Under the pieces are notes generated by a model. The model did not search any database. It was not told the origin of the DNA and worked only from the letters and a program-made list of their open reading frames with translations. From assembly GCA_016291665.1 (NCBI GenBank), contig JAEEYE010000001.1, forward strand, positions 55,021-119,020: 64,000 nucleotides of DNA, written 5' to 3'. Positions 11,681 to 21,786 of this stretch are shown here, piece by piece. This DNA comes from Oxalobacter sp. (GTDB taxonomy: Bacteria; Pseudomonadota; Gammaproteobacteria; Burkholderiales; Burkholderiaceae_D). A program made the position numbers and the translations under genes. The first letter of the stretch is position 1. Each line of letters opens with the position of its first letter.

Positions 11681-12049
11681 TTACAGCACTTCTGGCGCAA
11701 GGGAAACGATTTTCATGAACTTTTCAGTACGCAGTTCACGGGTAACAGGCCCAAAAATACGCGTACCAATTGGTTCGAGCTTGGCGTTCAGAAGAACTGC
11801 CGCACCTTCATCGAACTTAATCAGCGAACCATCTGCGCGGCGCACTCCCTTGGCAGTACGCACAACAACCGCATTGTAGATTTCACCTTTCTTGACCCTG
11901 CCTCGTGGGGCAGCACTCTTTACTGTTACTTTGATAACATCGCCGACCTGGGCATAGCGACGGTGCGAACCGCCCAGGATCTTAATACAGAGCACTTCGC
12001 GCGCGCCCGTATTATCGGCCACTTTTAAACGGCTTTCTGTCTGGATCAT
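11681..12049 (-). CDS. rplN: 50S ribosomal protein L14
   Basis: [28 protein letters not shown]. Confidence 0.98.
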   Translation of the reverse strand: MIQTESRLKVADNTGAREVLCIKILGGSHRRYAQVGDVIKVTVKSAAPRGRVKKGEIYNAVVVRTAKGVRRADGSLIKFDEGAAVLLNAKLEPIGTRIFGPVTRELRTEKFMKIVSLAPEVL

Positions 12050-12135
12050 AATTATTTCTTTCCCAACTTAATTCACCAGTTCTCTGATGATCAGTCTTGG
12101 TCCCGCCAATCCACAAAGGATTGATTGGGTGTAGT

Positions 12136-12173
12136 GAAAAAAGGACTTCGCCCGATTCTCGAGCGGAGTCCTC
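12136..12173 (-). terminator. Rho-independent terminator or attenuator at the S10/spc operon boundary (after rpsQ)
   Basis: The minus strand reads AGGACTCCGC-loop-GCGAAGTCCT followed by TTTTTT. It lies in the 161-nt rpsQ-rplN spacer. Confidence 0.7.
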
Positions 12174-12210
12174 TATTATTACACAAATTTTGTAAGGAAT
12201 GCAAGAGTTA

Positions 12211-12483
12211 TTAGATAACCTGTGCCACTTCCACAACTTTGCTCAATACCCAGGATTTCTTCTTAGAAATTGGACGGCCTTCCTGGATTTCAACGATATC
12301 ACCGATTTTGGCCTGGTTGGTTTCATCGTGCACCAAATACTTCTTAGAACGGCGGACGATTTTGCCATACAACGGGTGTTTGACACGACGTTCAACGAGA
12401 ACAGAAACGGTCTTGTCCATCTTGTCAGACACAACTTTGCCCATCAGTGTACGCTTTAATACTGCCTTAGCCTGATCGTTCAT
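12211..12483 (-). CDS. rpsQ: 30S ribosomal protein S17
   Basis: [31 protein letters not shown]. Confidence 0.97.
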   Translation of the reverse strand: MNDQAKAVLKRTLMGKVVSDKMDKTVSVLVERRVKHPLYGKIVRRSKKYLVHDETNQAKIGDIVEIQEGRPISKKKSWVLSKVVEVAQVI

Positions 12484-12674
12484 TATGCTTTACCCTTTTC
12501 AGTCAAAACTGTCTTAACGCGAGCAATGTCCCTTTTGACTTTCTTCAATTGGGACGTATTGGACAACTGCTGGGTTGCCAGCTGCATACGCAGGCCAAAC
12601 TGAGCTTTCAGGAGACCATTGAGTTCAGTCTTAAGTTCGGCTTCACTCTTGGCACGCAAATCAGATGCTTTCAT
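12483..12674 (-). CDS. rpmC: 50S ribosomal protein L29
   Basis: [36 protein letters not shown] overlap with rpsQ. Confidence 0.96.
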   Translation of the reverse strand: MKASDLRAKSEAELKTELNGLLKAQFGLRMQLATQQLSNTSQLKKVKRDIARVKTVLTEKGKA

Positions 12675-12686
12675 GTTTCCTCCTTA

Positions 12687-13106
12687 TCACTGGCCAATCT
12701 GACGAACAACGAACGTCGTTGGCAAAGGCAGCTTTGCAGCGGCAAGCTTAAACGCTTCCCTTGCCAGCGCTTCGTCAACACCGTCCATTTCGTACAGGAC
12801 CTTACCCGGACGAATCTCTGCAACCCAATATTCTGGATTACCCTTACCAGAGCCCATACGGACTTCTGCTGGCTTGGAAGAAATAGGTTTGTCTGGGAAG
12901 ACACGGATCCAAATGCGACCGCCCCTCTTAATGTGACGGGTCATCGCACGCCTTGCAGCCTCAATCTGACGAGCGGTCAAACGACCACGGCCAACAGCCT
13001 TCAGGCCAAAATCACCGAAGGAAACACTGGTACCCTTTTCATGGGAAATGCCGGTGTTACGACCCTTCTGTTCCTTTCTGTATTTTCTACGGGATGGTTG
13101 CAACAT
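12687..13106 (-). CDS. rplP: 50S ribosomal protein L16
   Basis: [20 protein letters not shown]-terminus. Confidence 0.98.
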   Translation of the reverse strand: MLQPSRRKYRKEQKGRNTGISHEKGTSVSFGDFGLKAVGRGRLTARQIEAARRAMTRHIKRGGRIWIRVFPDKPISSKPAEVRMGSGKGNPEYWVAEIRPGKVLYEMDGVDEALAREAFKLAAAKLPLPTTFVVRQIGQ

Positions 13107-13108
13107 TT

Positions 13109-13924
13109 TTATTCTCCTGTAGTTTCAGCCTGTGCAGCTACTGGTGCTGCTGGTTCAGCGCGACGAGTACGTGCACGTTTTGCACCGTCGCCTGCATCAG
13201 CACGCCTTACACGCTGCCTACCAGGACGGTCATCCCGCCTAGAACCACGGCGTTTCTTATCATCGTCTTGTGCATCCAACTTAGGTGCCTGGCCATCTGC
13301 CAGACGGTCACCCTTGTAGACCCAGACCTTAACACCAATGATGCCATACGTTGTCTGTGCTTCAGAGAAGCCATAGTCGATGTCAGCGCGCAAGGTATGC
13401 AGAGGCACACGGCCTTCGCGATACCACTCCGTACGCGCAATTTCAATACCATTCAAGCGACCAGAAGACATAATCTTCACACCAACTGCACCAAGACGCA
13501 TTGCATTTTGCATTGCACGGCGCATCGCACGGCGGAACATAATGCGTTTTTCCAGCTGCTGCGTGATGGAATCAGCAATCAACTGCGCATGGATTTCTGG
13601 TTTACGAACTTCTTCAATATTGACATGGACTGGCACGCCCATGATTTTAGACAGTTCGTTCTTCAAGTTTTCAATATCTTCACCCTTCTTGCCGATAACG
13701 ACACCAGGACGAGAACTGAAAATCGTGAAACGCGCATTCTTGGCAGGGCGTTCGATGACGACCTGACCGACCGATGCGTTCTTCAGTTTCTTCTTCAGGA
13801 ATGCACGAGCCTTCAGGTCTTCATTGAGCATACCGGCGAAATTATTGTTGCCGGCATACCAGCGTGATGCCCAATTGCGCGTCACAGCCAGACGGAAACC
13901 GGTCGGATGTATCTTTTGTCCCAT
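13109..13924 (-). CDS. rpsC: 30S ribosomal protein S3 (with a basic/acidic C-terminal extension)
   Basis: [19 protein letters not shown]-terminus plus a KH domain. About 40 extra C-terminal residues rich in R, D and A. Confidence 0.97.
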   Translation of the reverse strand: MGQKIHPTGFRLAVTRNWASRWYAGNNNFAGMLNEDLKARAFLKKKLKNASVGQVVIERPAKNARFTIFSSRPGVVIGKKGEDIENLKNELSKIMGVPVHVNIEEVRKPEIHAQLIADSITQQLEKRIMFRRAMRRAMQNAMRLGAVGVKIMSSGRLNGIEIARTEWYREGRVPLHTLRADIDYGFSEAQTTYGIIGVKVWVYKGDRLADGQAPKLDAQDDDKKRRGSRRDDRPGRQRVRRADAGDGAKRARTRRAEPAAPVAAQAETTGE

Positions 13925-13934
13925 CGTTACCCCC

Positions 13935-14264
13935 TTAGTCCCCGACTGTCACGTAAATGTGACATGTCTGTTTGGTAATACGATCACCCCTACCCTTAGC
14001 ACGGGCAGAGTAACGTTTCATAACGGCACCCTTTTCTACATAGATAGAGGATACCTTCAGTTCATCAATGTCTGCACCATCATTGTGTTCTGCATTCGCA
14101 ATTGCTGATTCCAGTACTTTCTTAATGATTGCAGCACCTTTATTAGGCGTAAATGTCAGGATTTCCAGAGCCTGATCGACGGACTTGCCGCGAATCAAAT
14201 CGGCGACAAGGCGGCCTTTCTGCGCTGATAAATGTACGCCACGGAGAGAAGCTTTAGTCTGCAT
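13935..14264 (-). CDS. rplV: 50S ribosomal protein L22
   Basis: [30 protein letters not shown]. Confidence 0.97.
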   Translation of the reverse strand: MQTKASLRGVHLSAQKGRLVADLIRGKSVDQALEILTFTPNKGAAIIKKVLESAIANAEHNDGADIDELKVSSIYVEKGAVMKRYSARAKGRGDRITKQTCHIYVTVGD

Positions 14265-14272
14265 CTTTAATC

Positions 14273-14548
14273 CTATTTCTTAGCTTTTTTATCGGCGGCA
14301 TGACCCTTGAAGGTCCTGGTCAGAGCGAACTCGCCCAATTTATGACCTACCATATTTTCGGAAATGTATACAGGCACATGCTGTCTACCATTGTGAACAG
14401 CAATGGTCAGCCCGATGAAATCCGGCATGATTGTCGACCGACGGGACCAAGTCTTAATTGGCCGTTTATCCTTGGATGCCTGTGCAGCTTCAACTTTGCT
14501 GATCAGATGGGCATCGCAGAATGGTCCTTTTTTAAGTGAACGTGTCAT
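14273..14548 (-). CDS. rpsS: 30S ribosomal protein S19
   Basis: [15 protein letters not shown] and [17 protein letters not shown]. Confidence 0.98.
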   Translation of the reverse strand: MTRSLKKGPFCDAHLISKVEAAQASKDKRPIKTWSRRSTIMPDFIGLTIAVHNGRQHVPVYISENMVGHKLGEFALTRTFKGHAADKKAKK

Positions 14549-14558
14549 TTGCTACCCC

Positions 14559-15386
14559 TTATTTCTTGTTCCGACGGGAAATGATCATGGAGTTCGTACG
14601 CTTGTTGCTACGCGTCTTCAACCCCTTGGTCTTCTGACCCCATGGGGTCACCGGATGGCGGCCACCGGAGGTCCTGCCTTCACCACCACCATGTGGATGG
14701 TCAACAGGGTTCATGACAACACCACGGACGGTTGGACGAATGCCGCGCCAACGCTTAGCACCTGCCTTACCAAGTTTTTCCAAATTATGATCACCATTGC
14801 TGACTTCACCAACAGCAGCACGGCATTCAATCAATACACGGCGAACTTCACCGGAACGCAAGCGAACCTGCGCATAAGAACCTTCGCGCGCCAGCAAGAC
14901 AGCAGATGCGCCTGCGCTGCGGACCATCTGCGCACCTTTGCCAGGCAACATTTCAATACAGTGGATAGTAGTGCCAACTGGGATATTGCGCAGTGGCAGT
15001 GCGTTACCAGCCTTAATTGGCGCTTCAGAGCCATTCATTACCTGATCACCAACAGCCAAACCCTTTGGCGCGATGATGTAGCTACGTTCGCCATCTGCGT
15101 AACAAAGCAGTGCGATAAATGCCGTACGGTTTGGATCGTATTCAATACGTTCAACCTTTGCAGGAATGCCATCTTTGTTACGACGGAAGTCAACAATACG
15201 GTAATGATGCTTGTGACCACCACCAAGGTGACGAGTCGTAATATGACCATAGTTGTTACGGCCAGCACTCTTGCTCTTCTTTTCAACCAGAGAAGCCAGC
15301 GGACGACCCTTGTACAGTTCTGGATGTACTACCTTGACCACACCCCGACGGCCAGGGGAAGTCGGTTTGGTTTTAACGATAGCCAT
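14559..15386 (-). CDS. rplB: 50S ribosomal protein L2
   Basis: [15 protein letters not shown] and [18 protein letters not shown] motifs. Confidence 0.98.
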   Translation of the reverse strand: MAIVKTKPTSPGRRGVVKVVHPELYKGRPLASLVEKKSKSAGRNNYGHITTRHLGGGHKHHYRIVDFRRNKDGIPAKVERIEYDPNRTAFIALLCYADGERSYIIAPKGLAVGDQVMNGSEAPIKAGNALPLRNIPVGTTIHCIEMLPGKGAQMVRSAGASAVLLAREGSYAQVRLRSGEVRRVLIECRAAVGEVSNGDHNLEKLGKAGAKRWRGIRPTVRGVVMNPVDHPHGGGEGRTSGGRHPVTPWGQKTKGLKTRSNKRTNSMIISRRNKK

Positions 15387-15703
15387 TATTTAGCCTCCTC
15401 AGCAAAGTTGATTTCCTGACCAGGCTTCAGGCATACATATGCCAGTTTCTGGCTGTTCTTACGGCCAAACCCATGGCGGGCACGTTTAATCTTGCCCTGA
15501 CGGTTCAAGACCTTAACGGATTCGACTTCAACCTTGAACAGATTTTCAACTGCCGCCTTGATTTCAGGCTTTGTTGCATCTTTCAGAACACGGAAGATGA
15601 CCTGTTCAAATTTATCAGCAATAAAAGTTGCCTTTTCAGAAACGACTGGCGCCAAAATGACTTTCATCAGCCGTTCTTCACTAAATTTCACAGCAGCGTT
15701 CAT
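15386..15703 (-). CDS. rplW: 50S ribosomal protein L23
   Basis: [15 protein letters not shown] and S10-operon position. Confidence 0.95.
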   Translation of the reverse strand: MNAAVKFSEERLMKVILAPVVSEKATFIADKFEQVIFRVLKDATKPEIKAAVENLFKVEVESVKVLNRQGKIKRARHGFGRKNSQKLAYVCLKPGQEINFAEEAK

Positions 15704-16320
15704 GCCAGCATCTCCTCAACCTTAGCAAGTGCGCCTTTGGTCATCAGCACATCTTTGTAATAAACGAGGGAGACCGGATCAGCCTGATGCGGCTCAACAA
15801 CCAGTACATTGTGCAGGTTGCGGGATGCCAGATACAGGTTTTCATCAAAGTTATCCGTAATGACCAATACGGATTCCAAGCCATAGCCCTTCAATTTCTG
15901 TACCAGACCTTTGGTCTTTGGCGCATCAAGCGTCAAATCTTCTACAACAGACAGACGACCTTCTCTAGCCAACTGGGACAGGATAGAACACAAGCCGACA
16001 CGGTACATCTTACGGTTGACCTTCTGGGAGAAGTTTTCGTCAGGCGTATTTGGGAACGCGCGGCCACCCCCACGCCACAATGGAGAGGAAGACATACCGC
16101 TTCTTGCACGACCGGTACCTTTCTGGCGCCACGGTTTCTTAGTGGTATGTTTTACAGTTTCACGATTCTTCTGCTGACGGTCTGCGGTCCGAGCGTTTGC
16201 CTGGAAAGCAACAATAATCTGGTGAACCAGTGCTTCATTGTAATCACGGCCAAATACGCTGTCAGAAGCTTCAACTTTTCCGGCAGTCTGGTCGTTAGCA
16301 CCTAGGAGCTTCAATTCCAT
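15700..16320 (-). CDS. rplD: 50S ribosomal protein L4
   Basis: [29 protein letters not shown]. Confidence 0.97.
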   Translation of the reverse strand: MELKLLGANDQTAGKVEASDSVFGRDYNEALVHQIIVAFQANARTADRQQKNRETVKHTTKKPWRQKGTGRARSGMSSSPLWRGGGRAFPNTPDENFSQKVNRKMYRVGLCSILSQLAREGRLSVVEDLTLDAPKTKGLVQKLKGYGLESVLVITDNFDENLYLASRNLHNVLVVEPHQADPVSLVYYKDVLMTKGALAKVEEMLA

Positions 16321-16323
16321 CTC

Positions 16324-16974
16324 TTATGCCCCTTTCTTAGCTTTAGCTGCAGGACGTACGATAACCTGTGCATTCTCAGCACCAGGAACACTACCTTTTA
16401 CCAGCAGCAGGTTGCGATCTACATCAACGCGGACAACTTCAAGGTTCTGAACAGTAGTCAGAACATCACCAAGATGACCGGTCATCTTTTTACCCTTGAA
16501 AACACGACCAGGATCTTGGTTCATACCGATGGAACCTGGAACGTTGTGGGACAGGGAGTTACCGTGGGAAGCACGATTTGAACTGAAATTGTGGCGTTTG
16601 ATGGCACCGGCATAACCTTTACCAATAGAAACACCCTGAACGTCAATCTTCTGGCCAGCTTCAAAAAGCGTTGCAGGGATGACATCACCAGCTTTCAGTT
16701 CAGCAATTTCAGCAGCATCAGCACGGAATTCACGCAAAATGGAACCTGCTTCTACACCAGCTTTCGCATAGTGTCCAGCAGCAGCTTTGTTCACACGTGA
16801 AGGACGGCGGGTGCCGAAGGCAACCTGAACAGCGGAATAACCGTCTGTCTCGGCTGTTTTGACTTGCGTAATGCGGTTGTTAGACACATCCAATACGGTA
16901 ACAGGGACAGTCGCACCTTCTTCCGTAAAAATACGTGTCATACCAACCTTACGCCCGATAAGGCCTAGGCTCAT
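16324..16974 (-). CDS. rplC: 50S ribosomal protein L3
   Basis: [21 protein letters not shown]-terminus. GGAG Shine-Dalgarno upstream. Confidence 0.98.
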   Translation of the reverse strand: MSLGLIGRKVGMTRIFTEEGATVPVTVLDVSNNRITQVKTAETDGYSAVQVAFGTRRPSRVNKAAAGHYAKAGVEAGSILREFRADAAEIAELKAGDVIPATLFEAGQKIDVQGVSIGKGYAGAIKRHNFSSNRASHGNSLSHNVPGSIGMNQDPGRVFKGKKMTGHLGDVLTTVQNLEVVRVDVDRNLLLVKGSVPGAENAQVIVRPAAKAKKGA

Positions 16975-16987
16975 TTTTATCTCCGTT

Positions 16988-17105
16988 CCTGCCTACGATT
17001 GGGCAGGTCTGTTTTTTAAAAGCATTCTGGCTTGGCCAGAACACACTCAAGCGGCGCATTATAACTGTAATGCGCCGTTTGTACAATAGTCACGCGGGTT
17101 CCCGC
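16988..17105 (-). other. Cluster of four stem-loops in the rpsJ-rplC spacer
   Basis: Inverted repeats cctgcc/ggcagg (16988-17007), ctggc/gccag (about 17027-17039), cggcgcatta/taatgcgccg (17051-17078) and cgcggg/cccgcg (17092-17105). Confidence 0.6.
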
Positions 17106-17117
17106 GCAACACTGAAA

Positions 17118-17429
17118 TTACTGCAGCTTGATTTCGACGTCGACGCCGGCAGGCAGATCGAGCTTCATCAATGCGTCAACAGTCTTATCCGTTGGATCGA
17201 TGATGTCCATCAAACGCTGATGGGTCCTGATTTCCAACTGGTCACGAGACTTTTTGTTAACGTGTGGGGAACGCAGAACGTCAAAACGTTCAATGCGGGT
17301 TGGCAGAGGGACCGGGCCTTTGACAACTGCGCCAGTGCGCTTTGCAGTATCAATGATTTCCTGAGCAGACTGGTCAATCAGCTTATAGTCAAATGCTTTG
17401 AGTCGGATACGAATTTTCTGGTTTTGCAT
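17118..17429 (-). CDS. rpsJ: 30S ribosomal protein S10
   Basis: [34 protein letters not shown]. Confidence 0.98.
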   Translation of the reverse strand: MQNQKIRIRLKAFDYKLIDQSAQEIIDTAKRTGAVVKGPVPLPTRIERFDVLRSPHVNKKSRDQLEIRTHQRLMDIIDPTDKTVDALMKLDLPAGVDVEIKLQ

Positions 17430-17449
17430 ACAATCTTTCCAAAGAACGA

Positions 17450-17474
17450 GCTGCGGATGGCAAGCATCCGCAGC
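17450..17474 (-). terminator. Hairpin (attenuator or partial terminator) between tuf and rpsJ
   Basis: The minus strand reads GCTGCGGATG-cttgc-CATCCGCAGC followed by TCGTTCTTT. This is the only structure in the 67-nt spacer. Confidence 0.55.
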
Positions 17475-17496
17475 GTATTTTCAAAATAGTCTCAAA

Positions 17497-18687
17497 TTAT
17501 TCGTTGATCTTGGTAACAACACCAGCACCAACGGTACGGCCACCTTCACGGATTGCGAAACGCAGGCCTTCTTCCATTGCAATCGGGGTAATCAGCTTGA
17601 CGTCAATGGTGACATTGTCGCCAGGCATAACCATTTCTTTGTCAGCAGGCAGCGTGATTGCACCGGTCACGTCAGTCGTACGGAAGTAGAACTGTGGACG
17701 ATAGTTGTTGAAGAATGGGGTATGGCGGCCACCTTCTTCCTTGGACAGGACGTAAACTTCGCCGGAGAAGCTGACGTGCGGGGTAATGGAACCTGGTTTT
17801 GCCAGAACCTGGCCACGTTCAACTTCTTCACGCTTCGTACCACGCAGCAGGACACCGATGTTGTCGCCAGCCTGACCCTGGTCGAGCAGCTTGCGGAACA
17901 TTTCAACGCCAGTACAGGTGGTCTTGGCAGTTTCACGGATACCAACGATTTCGATTTCTTCGCCGACTTTGATGATACCGCGTTCAACACGACCGGTTAC
18001 AACAGTACCACGGCCAGAGATAGAGAAGACGTCTTCGACAGGCATCAGGAACGCACCATCGATCGCACGTTCTGGGGTTGGGATGTAGGTGTCGAGCGCA
18101 TCTGCCAGCTGCATGATGGCGCCTTCACCCATTTCACCCTTGTCACCGTCCAGCGCCATACGGGCAGAACCCTTGATGATAGGAATGTCATCGCCTGGGA
18201 ATTCATAGTTGCTCAGCAGTTCGCGGACTTCCATTTCAACCAGTTCCAGCAGTTCTGCATCATCAACCAGGTCACATTTGTTCAGGAATACGATGATATA
18301 AGGAACGCCAACCTGACGTGCCAGCAGGATGTGTTCACGGGTCTGTGGCATTGGGCCGTCAGCTGCGGAAACAACCAGGATTGCACCATCCATCTGAGCT
18401 GCACCGGTAATCATGTTCTTGATGTAGTCAGCGTGGCCCGGGCAGTCAACGTGTGCATAGTGACGGTTTGCGGTTTCGTATTCAACGTGTGCAGTGTTGA
18501 TGGTGATACCACGTGCCTTTTCTTCTGGTGCTGCGTCGATCTGATCGTAGTCTTTTGCTTCACCGCCAAACTTTGCGGACAGAACCGTAGCGATTGCTGC
18601 GGTCAGAGTGGTCTTACCGTGGTCAACGTGACCAATGGTGCCTACGTTAACGTGCGGTTTCGTACGTTCGTATTTTTCCTTTGCCAT
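17497..18687 (-). CDS. tuf: Elongation factor Tu
   Basis: 396 aa. [18 protein letters not shown] and NKCD GTPase motifs. AGGAG Shine-Dalgarno. Confidence 0.99.
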   Translation of the reverse strand: MAKEKYERTKPHVNVGTIGHVDHGKTTLTAAIATVLSAKFGGEAKDYDQIDAAPEEKARGITINTAHVEYETANRHYAHVDCPGHADYIKNMITGAAQMDGAILVVSAADGPMPQTREHILLARQVGVPYIIVFLNKCDLVDDAELLELVEMEVRELLSNYEFPGDDIPIIKGSARMALDGDKGEMGEGAIMQLADALDTYIPTPERAIDGAFLMPVEDVFSISGRGTVVTGRVERGIIKVGEEIEIVGIRETAKTTCTGVEMFRKLLDQGQAGDNIGVLLRGTKREEVERGQVLAKPGSITPHVSFSGEVYVLSKEEGGRHTPFFNNYRPQFYFRTTDVTGAITLPADKEMVMPGDNVTIDVKLITPIAMEEGLRFAIREGGRTVGAGVVTKINE

Positions 18688-18758
18688 TTCCAGCTCCTAA
18701 TTATGTGTGAACACCAAGACTCCGCAGTACGCGGCACAAATAACCATCGAGAAATCGG

Positions 18759-18833
<75 letters not shown>

Positions 18834-18855
18834 TACAAAACTCCTAAAGTTTAGG

Positions 18856-18929
18856 TGGAGCGGGCGAAGGGAATCGAACCCTCGTCTTAAGCTTGGAAGG
18901 CTTCGGCTCTACCATTGAGCTACACCCGC
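18856..18929 (-). tRNA. tRNA-Gly (anticodon UCC)
   Basis: Reverse complement GCGGGTGTAGCTCAATGGTAGAGCCGAAGCCTTCCAAGCTTAAGACGAGGGTTCGATTCCCTTCGCCCGCTCCA. Anticodon loop CTTCCAA. Confidence 0.9.
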
Positions 18930-18956
18930 GCTCGCTTTCACTTCAACTATGTTCTT

Positions 18957-19041
18957 TGGTGGAGAGGGATGGATTCGAACCATCGTACTCATAAGAGGGC
19001 AGATTTACAGTCTGCTGCCTTTAACCACTCGGCCACCTCTC
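18957..19041 (-). tRNA. tRNA-Tyr (anticodon GUA), long variable arm
   Basis: Reverse complement GGAGAGGTGGCCGAGTGGTTAAAGGCAGCAGACTGTAAATCTGCCCTCTTATGAGTACGATGGTTCGAATCCATCCCTCTCCACCA. Anticodon loop CTGTAAA. Confidence 0.93.
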
Positions 19042-19054
19042 CGCAGGAATTCAG

Positions 19055-19083
19055 CATTATGCCGAAACAACCTTATGATGTCA
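19055..19083 (-). promoter_or_regulatory. Candidate sigma70 promoter of the tRNA-Tyr/Gly/Thr-tuf transcription unit
   Basis: The minus strand reads TTGACA, a 17-nt spacer, then CATAAT. The -10 ends 13 nt before the mature tRNA-Tyr 5' end. Two further CGTCAA repeats lie upstream. Confidence 0.55.
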
Positions 19084-19322
19084 ACGACTATATCGTCAAC
19101 TTGATGAGATGTTGTAAATTCGTCAATTACAAAGAATCAGCATACAAACAATTTCGCCGTTACTTGGCATTGCCTACGACTTCATTATACCGAAACATTT
19201 CCACTGATTTTGCAAAAAAACAGATTCCTCTGTTTTTGAGTCCCAAAAAAAGATAATATGCCTCCGTTAATGTGATTTACATCCGCACGCTTCGCCTTTT
19301 ACTGACCAAATACTGAATCAAT

Positions 19323-19445
19323 ATGACTTGGAACAAACAACCCCAAAAAAAACGGAGTAAAGTCGCTATTGGCCTCTTCTGTCTGGCGGTCTTCTTTTTT
19401 ATCGTCGGGCTTTATTATTATGCAAAGGCCTATTTCAACTCTTAA
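19323..19445 (+). CDS. Candidate 40-aa small membrane protein (below the ORF-track cutoff)
   Basis: Manual translation gives MTWNKQPQKKRSKVAIGLFCLAVFFFIVGLYYYAKAYFNS: a basic N-terminus followed by one hydrophobic helix. It lies 145 nt upstream of cls on the same strand. No clear Shine-Dalgarno. Confidence 0.3.
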   Translation: MTWNKQPQKKRSKVAIGLFCLAVFFFIVGLYYYAKAYFNS

Positions 19446-19590
19446 CTCCCCATTGGCTTTCTCCTCGCTGCCACTGACATATGTCATGACCCCCACCCCA
19501 TTAAAGGTAGGGGCTTATTACGGCGCGCTTGGGTGAAAGTGAATGACACTCTCCAGGCGCCTCTTCTTTTGACTGCAATGGGTTTGTCCA

Positions 19591-21060
19591 ATGTTTTACT
19601 TCTACTGGTCACTGCAAGTTCCCAACACGACTACTCTCCTCATTGAGTTGGTTGGTGCGGCATGGCTGGTACATATCCTCGTTCTATCTATTTGGATTAT
19701 TCTTCAGAAGCGCCCTCCCGTTGCCACCCTAGGTTGGATTCTAGCCCTGGCATTTCTGCCCTATATCGGCTTTCTCATCTACCATTTTCTAGGGCCGCAC
19801 AGATTGGTAAAACAGCGGTTCAAGCGCTTGGTCTCACGAACAGCCCTCAAAGAACATGCCGAATACCTACAGGGTCACATACCTAAACCTATCTCACATA
19901 AGCATATTGCCGAAGTACGCCAAATCACCGACCTCGTTAGCAAAACAACGGGCTTTCCACTAACGAACGCCCATACACTACAGGTCTTGGAAGATGGAGC
20001 GCAAACTTATACAGCAATCTTGGATGCTATTGCCAATGCAAAGCACCATGTCCATCTGGAATACTACATTTATGAGGCTGATCACATTGGTACCACGTTG
20101 CGAGACCTCTTGATTAAAAAAGCGAATGAAGGTGTTCATGTGCGACTGCTGGTCGACGGTCTCGGCTCTGCCAAACTAAAAACCAAATTCATCCAACCAC
20201 TATTAGACGCAGGAGCCGCATTCTCGTTCTTCCACAAACCCAGGCTATCCCGCCTCATCAAACCCATGCTCAACTTCCGAACCCACCGCAAAATTGTTAT
20301 TTGCGATGGAACAGTCGGCTTTACCGGTGGCCTTAACATCACAGACGAGGAAGATGAGCGTATCCATCCCGACGATGCCTACCACGACATCCATATCATG
20401 TTGACTGGAAATGCCGTCCATTGGTTACAAATGACATTCCTGGAGGATTGGTTCTACGTTACAAAACAAAGGAACATTGCAGAACTCAAGCACTATTTTC
20501 CGATTCAGACCCCAGGGACATTTCCTGTCCAAATTATTCCCTCAGGACCTGACAGTCCCTGGGAAATCATCCACCGTTTTTACCTGACCATCATCGAAAA
20601 TGCCCGTCACAGGGTCTGGCTCACAACACCTTACTTTGTACCAACTGAACCAACCCTCTATGCACTGACGAATGCTGCCCTCCGAGGTGTAGATGTTCGC
20701 TTGCTTGTTCCCAAAAACAGTGACTCTAAACTCGTCACATACGCAGCGCGCTCCTATTTCGGCGAACTGAAAGCGGCAGGCGCGAAAATTTGGGAATACG
20801 ACCGACGGATGCTCCATTCAAAGACCATTGTTGTTGACCACAGCTACAGCTTAATCGGCACAGCCAACTTCGATACGCGCAGCTTCCGCCTCAACTTTGA
20901 AATCTGCGTTGCGGGCTACGGCGAAGAACTAACAGACAGGCTAGCAAAGCAGTTCCAAAAAGATATTCAACGCGCAACTTTGGTTCCTGAACCACGGAAA
21001 ATTTCCCATATCGCCCGTTTCTTCGAGGCTGCTGCAAGGCTTTTTTCCCCCTTGCTCTAA
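19591..21060 (+). CDS. cls: Cardiolipin synthase (PLD superfamily)
   Basis: N-terminal transmembrane helices. Two HKD motifs (HRKIVICDG..GGLNI and HSKTIVVDH..GTANFD). Typical length. Confidence 0.9.
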   Translation: MFYFYWSLQVPNTTTLLIELVGAAWLVHILVLSIWIILQKRPPVATLGWILALAFLPYIGFLIYHFLGPHRLVKQRFKRLVSRTALKEHAEYLQGHIPKPISHKHIAEVRQITDLVSKTTGFPLTNAHTLQVLEDGAQTYTAILDAIANAKHHVHLEYYIYEADHIGTTLRDLLIKKANEGVHVRLLVDGLGSAKLKTKFIQPLLDAGAAFSFFHKPRLSRLIKPMLNFRTHRKIVICDGTVGFTGGLNITDEEDERIHPDDAYHDIHIMLTGNAVHWLQMTFLEDWFYVTKQRNIAELKHYFPIQTPGTFPVQIIPSGPDSPWEIIHRFYLTIIENARHRVWLTTPYFVPTEPTLYALTNAALRGVDVRLLVPKNSDSKLVTYAARSYFGELKAAGAKIWEYDRRMLHSKTIVVDHSYSLIGTANFDTRSFRLNFEICVAGYGEELTDRLAKQFQKDIQRATLVPEPRKISHIARFFEAAARLFSPLL

Positions 21061-21086
21061 ATTGCACTCTCTTGTAAAAAAACGAT

Positions 21087-21109
21087 GGGCCGCCTTAAAT
21101 CGGCAGCCC
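21087..21109. terminator. Weak hairpin between the convergent cls and thiE genes
   Basis: GGGCCGCC-ttaaatc-GGCAGCCC (one mismatch), preceded by AAAAAA. Confidence 0.35.
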
Positions 21110-21135
21110 ACCTGCTTTCGGACAATCCTCAACAA

Positions 21136-21765
21136 TCATTCGAACATCGCAACATACCCTTTGGCAGCAGCTTCTGGATCCTCTTGGAAATAGACACCAC
21201 TCACAGCAGCAACCATGTCAGCCCCAAGCTTAACCAACGAAGCAGAATTCTCTGCCGTCATGCCGCCAATTACACAAATCGGCATAGAAGGCATTTCTTT
21301 TTTCCAATCAGAAACAATAGTAAGCGGCGTGGTTACTGGATACTTCTTCACGCGAGATGGGAAAAAACCACCGAACGCAACATAGCTTGCTCCTGCGCTG
21401 ACAGCATTGCGGGCCAACACAAGACTGCCGTAGCAGGAAGCGCCAACAATCTTGTCAGGTCCAACAGCTGCCCGAACCTTGGCAACCGGCGCATCCGTCC
21501 CTCCAACATGGATGCCATCCGCACCGATTTCTAGTGCCAAATCGACGTAATCATTAATGATGAATGTACGCCCATAGCGGCGACAGACCTCCTGTAACGC
21601 TTTTGCCTGTTCCAGACGCTGCTCAGGGCCAGCAGTCTTGTGGCGGTATTGCACAATCCGGGCGCCCCCTTTTAACGCTTTCTCAGTCACATCCACCAAC
21701 TTGGCCGTATCATCCCAATCTGGTGTCACAATATAAAGACCTTTCATTGGATTCCTTCCTTTCAA
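21136..21765 (-). CDS. thiE: Thiamine-phosphate synthase
   Basis: GLYIVTPDWDD, VQYRHK and IINDYVDLALEIGADGIHVG motifs. The true start may be the second ATG (MKGLYIV, at 21747). Confidence 0.9.
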   Translation of the reverse strand: MKGRNPMKGLYIVTPDWDDTAKLVDVTEKALKGGARIVQYRHKTAGPEQRLEQAKALQEVCRRYGRTFIINDYVDLALEIGADGIHVGGTDAPVAKVRAAVGPDKIVGASCYGSLVLARNAVSAGASYVAFGGFFPSRVKKYPVTTPLTIVSDWKKEMPSMPICVIGGMTAENSASLVKLGADMVAAVSGVYFQEDPEAAAKGYVAMFE

Positions 21766-21786
21766 TCACTCAAGTCGGCCATTCCT

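Noticed and set aside
12012-12236. A 74-aa minus-strand ORF in the rpsQ-rplN spacer.
   Set aside because: It spans the S10-operon terminator hairpin, overlaps the rplN start (by 38 nt) and the rpsQ 3' end (by 26 nt), and has no Shine-Dalgarno. The region is better explained as a terminator plus the spc-operon promoter and leader.
13109-13250. The C-terminal R/D/A-rich extension of ribosomal protein S3 as a possible gene fusion or frameshift.
   Set aside because: The reading frame is continuous with a normal S3 core. Charged C-terminal tails on S3 are, to my knowledge, common in Betaproteobacteria, and no separate domain is discernible.
18915-19256. A 113-aa plus-strand ORF spanning the tRNA region.
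   Set aside because: Its first roughly 125 nt are the reverse complement of tRNA-Gly and tRNA-Tyr. The rest runs through the tRNA operon promoter region. It has no Shine-Dalgarno and no protein-like features.
19299-19496. A 65-aa minus-strand ORF in the tRNA-cls intergenic region.
   Set aside because: It has no Shine-Dalgarno, an unconvincing composition, and it overlaps a more protein-like 40-aa membrane ORF on the other strand. It was not called as a gene.
19591-21060. The PLD-family gene as a possible nuclease partner of the helicase (a Mokosh-like helicase plus PLD pairing).
   Set aside because: It has the N-terminal transmembrane helices, the length and the dual HKD layout of cardiolipin synthase. 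It lies 8.5 kb from the helicase, on the other side of the thi operon and valS.
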